A DNA stretch of 33,775 nt, from IMG/VR virus record IMGVR_UViG_3300045988_077922, positions 1 through 33,775 of that record; one strand, written 5' to 3'. Position 1 is the stretch's first letter, and each line of letters begins with the position of its first letter. The notes beneath the pieces were generated by a model. It was not told the origin of the DNA. It saw nothing but the letters and a program-made list of their open reading frames with translations, and did no database searches. This DNA is from a virus. Made by a program: the position numbers and the translations under genes. This document shows, piece by piece, positions 32,539 through 33,775 of the stretch.

Positions 32539-32949
32539 ATGAAAATCAAACTCGATAAGGGCGCGCTCATTCCTACACGTGCCCACGGCACGGACGCGGG
32601 GGCAGACCTTCGCTCGCCAATCGAAACGGTGGTTCCCGCGAGGGGTTCGTGCATCATCGACACTGGCGTGCATATCCAGCTGCCGCACGGCTTCGTCGGC
32701 ATGTTGAAGAGCAAGTCAGGGCTGAACGTCGAGCACGGCATCACGTCCGAGGGCGTTATCGACGAGGGCTATACGGGGTCAATCAAGGTTAAGCTATACA
32801 ACCACAGTTACAGCCCTTACAAAATCGAGCGATATGACAAGATTACGCAGCTGGTCATCGTGCCCTGCGAGTACGTGCAATTCGACCTGGTGGACGATCT
32901 GGAGGATTCAGAGCGAGGAGGTGACGGCTTTGGCAGCACGGGCAAGTAA
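32539..32949 (+). CDS. dut: dUTP diphosphatase (trimeric dUTPase)
   Basis: AGADL, GMLKSKSGL, GVIDEGYTG and the C-terminal RGGDGFGSTG motifs are all present. Confidence 0.9.
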   Translation: MKIKLDKGALIPTRAHGTDAGADLRSPIETVVPARGSCIIDTGVHIQLPHGFVGMLKSKSGLNVEHGITSEGVIDEGYTGSIKVKLYNHSYSPYKIERYDKITQLVIVPCEYVQFDLVDDLEDSERGGDGFGSTGK

Positions 32950-33265
32950 GTACCACGCAAAGAAGACGGTCGTTGACGGAATCGAGTTCGACAGCGCGAA
33001 GGAAGCCAAGCGGTATACCAAGCTCCGCGATATGGAGATGGCAGGCAAAATCCAAGGACTGCATCTCCAGGTTCCGTTCGAGCTTTTGCCGAGCTTCGAA
33101 TGCGACGGGGTGAAGTATCGGGGCATGCGGTACATCGCCGATTTCGTCTATATCCGCGACGGGAAGCGGGTCGTGGAGGACTGCAAGGGCTTCAAGACTG
33201 CCGAGTACAAGCTCAAGAAAAAATTGATGGCGTACATCAATCACGTAAACATCGAGGAATCGTGA
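32930..33265 (+). CDS. DUF1064-family protein (PD-(D/E)XK-like, resolvase candidate); TTG start inferred
   Basis: SKYHAKKTVVDGIEFDSAKEAKRYTKLRDMEMAGKIQGLHLQVPFEL...YIADFVY...VEDCKG is present. An RBS gaggagg lies 8 nt upstream of TTG 32930. Confidence 0.65.
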   Translation: MAARASKYHAKKTVVDGIEFDSAKEAKRYTKLRDMEMAGKIQGLHLQVPFELLPSFECDGVKYRGMRYIADFVYIRDGKRVVEDCKGFKTAEYKLKKKLMAYINHVNIEES

Positions 33266-33374
33266 TGCTATAATAGGTCATGCAAGAGTGATGGACTTGC
33301 AACGACATAGCTTTCAAGCCTTAATGGCATGAAAATAAAAGCCCCGCCGCAGCCATCACCTGTGACGGGGCTTT
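33265..33374 (+). promoter_or_regulatory. Extended -10 promoter-like element followed by two hairpins, upstream of the initiator gene
   Basis: TGcTATAAT lies at 33265-33273. The first hairpin is TGCAAG-n9-CTTGCA at 33280-33300. The second, stronger hairpin is AAAGCCCCG..CGCAG-ccatcac-CTGTG..CGGGGCTTT at 33338-33374. Confidence 0.4.
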
Positions 33375-33395
33375 CGCATATAAGGGGAGTTTTAT

Positions 33396-33775
33396 ATGGC
33401 ACTGCACATGTTCGACCCGCAAATAGCGAAAGAATACGGGGTCAATGCGGCAATCATCTTCCAGAACATTGCGTATTGGATTGTGCACAACCGCGCCAAC
33501 GAGACCAACTTCTACGACGGCAGGTATTGGACATACAACTCAATCAAATCGTTCGCCGAGCTTTTCCCGTACCTTACGGACAAGCAGATTCGCGTCGCGT
33601 TGAAGAAGCTGGAAGAAGGCGGGATGATCATGGCCGGCAATTACAACAATTCGACCTACGACCGCACGAGTTGGTATACATTTGCCGAAAAGGGACTTTC
33701 CATTTATACAAAAGGGCAAATGGATGTTGCCGAAAGGGCAAATGGAAATGCCCCAGAGGGCAAATGGATTTTGCC
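33396..33775 (+). CDS. Replication initiator / replisome organizer, N-terminal winged-HTH origin-binding part (runs off the window and continues at base 56 of the circle)
   Basis: RBS taaggggag precedes ATG 33396. The product MALHMFDPQIAKEYGVNAAIIFQNIAYWI...YLTDKQIRVALKKLEEGGMI...DRTSWYTF has the typical phage replisome-organizer N-domain pattern. Confidence 0.8.
   Translation, partial: MALHMFDPQIAKEYGVNAAIIFQNIAYWIVHNRANETNFYDGRYWTYNSIKSFAELFPYLTDKQIRVALKKLEEGGMIMAGNYNNSTYDRTSWYTFAEKGLSIYTKGQMDVAERANGNAPEGKWIL
33714..33775. repeat. First units of the same iteron array, including the window-end copy of bases 1-55
   Basis: Variant unit 1 (gggcaaatggatgttgccgaaa) starts at 33714 and continues into the units seen at 16 and 38. 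Bases 33721-33775 are identical to 1-55. Confidence 0.85.

Larger units (their letters stand above)
1..33775. mobile_element. Complete temperate siphovirus-type phage genome, circularly closed (33,720 bp unique plus a 55-bp end overlap)
   Basis: Bases 1-55 equal 33721-33775. An ORF crosses the junction. Replication, lysis, packaging, head, tail and lysogeny modules are all present. Confidence 0.85.

Overview
The window is a complete, circularly closed temperate siphovirus-type phage genome. Bases 1-55 are identical to 33721-33775, which leaves 33,720 bp of unique sequence. Almost all genes are on the + strand, and the module order is lambda-like. Replication genes run from 33396 across the junction to about 1700: an origin-binding initiator with an embedded iteron array, then a DnaC-like loader. 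Small early genes, ThyX and an RHH protein occupy 1750-4360. A terminator-bracketed AT-rich moron sits at 4400-4880. The lysis cassette at 4948-6627 holds two membrane proteins and a GH25 + 2xCW_7 + LysM endolysin. An orphan BppU-like/Listeria-Bacteroides-repeat protein and an HNH endonuclease occupy 6725-8081, followed by a 260-bp non-coding candidate cos region. Two ParB-fold genes, a class-I SAM methyltransferase and an unknown protein occupy 8343-10768. An HK97-type packaging, head and tail module runs 10761-27461: TerS, TerL, portal, protease, MCP, connectors, MTP, a chaperone with a -1 frameshift, TMP, Dit, a 1.8-kb fibre-like insert, Tal and the receptor-binding protein. A visibly AT-richer lysogeny module on the - strand (27586-29409) encodes a large serine integrase and a short XRE repressor. 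Divergent promoters and an operator lie at 29410-29630. The early-right operon (29631-33265) encodes a Cro-like protein, Gp157, a Sak/Rad52-like annealase, SSB, NinB, dUTPase and a DUF1064 protein. No tRNA, rRNA, CRISPR array or IS element was seen. The host is probably a fairly G+C-rich Firmicute (Clostridia-like), but this is weak inference from protein families only. Four items deserve the closest look. (1) A 22-bp iteron array is translated in all three frames in turn and leaves the two halves of the replication initiator out of frame at this copy number. (2) A ParB / ParB-class-I-methyltransferase module, interrupted at a G5 tract, sits next to the putative cos site. (3) A self-contained moron encodes an acidic protein. 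(4) A fibre-gene insertion with a G9 tract lies between Dit and Tal. All functional calls come from motif recognition by eye; no database search was run.
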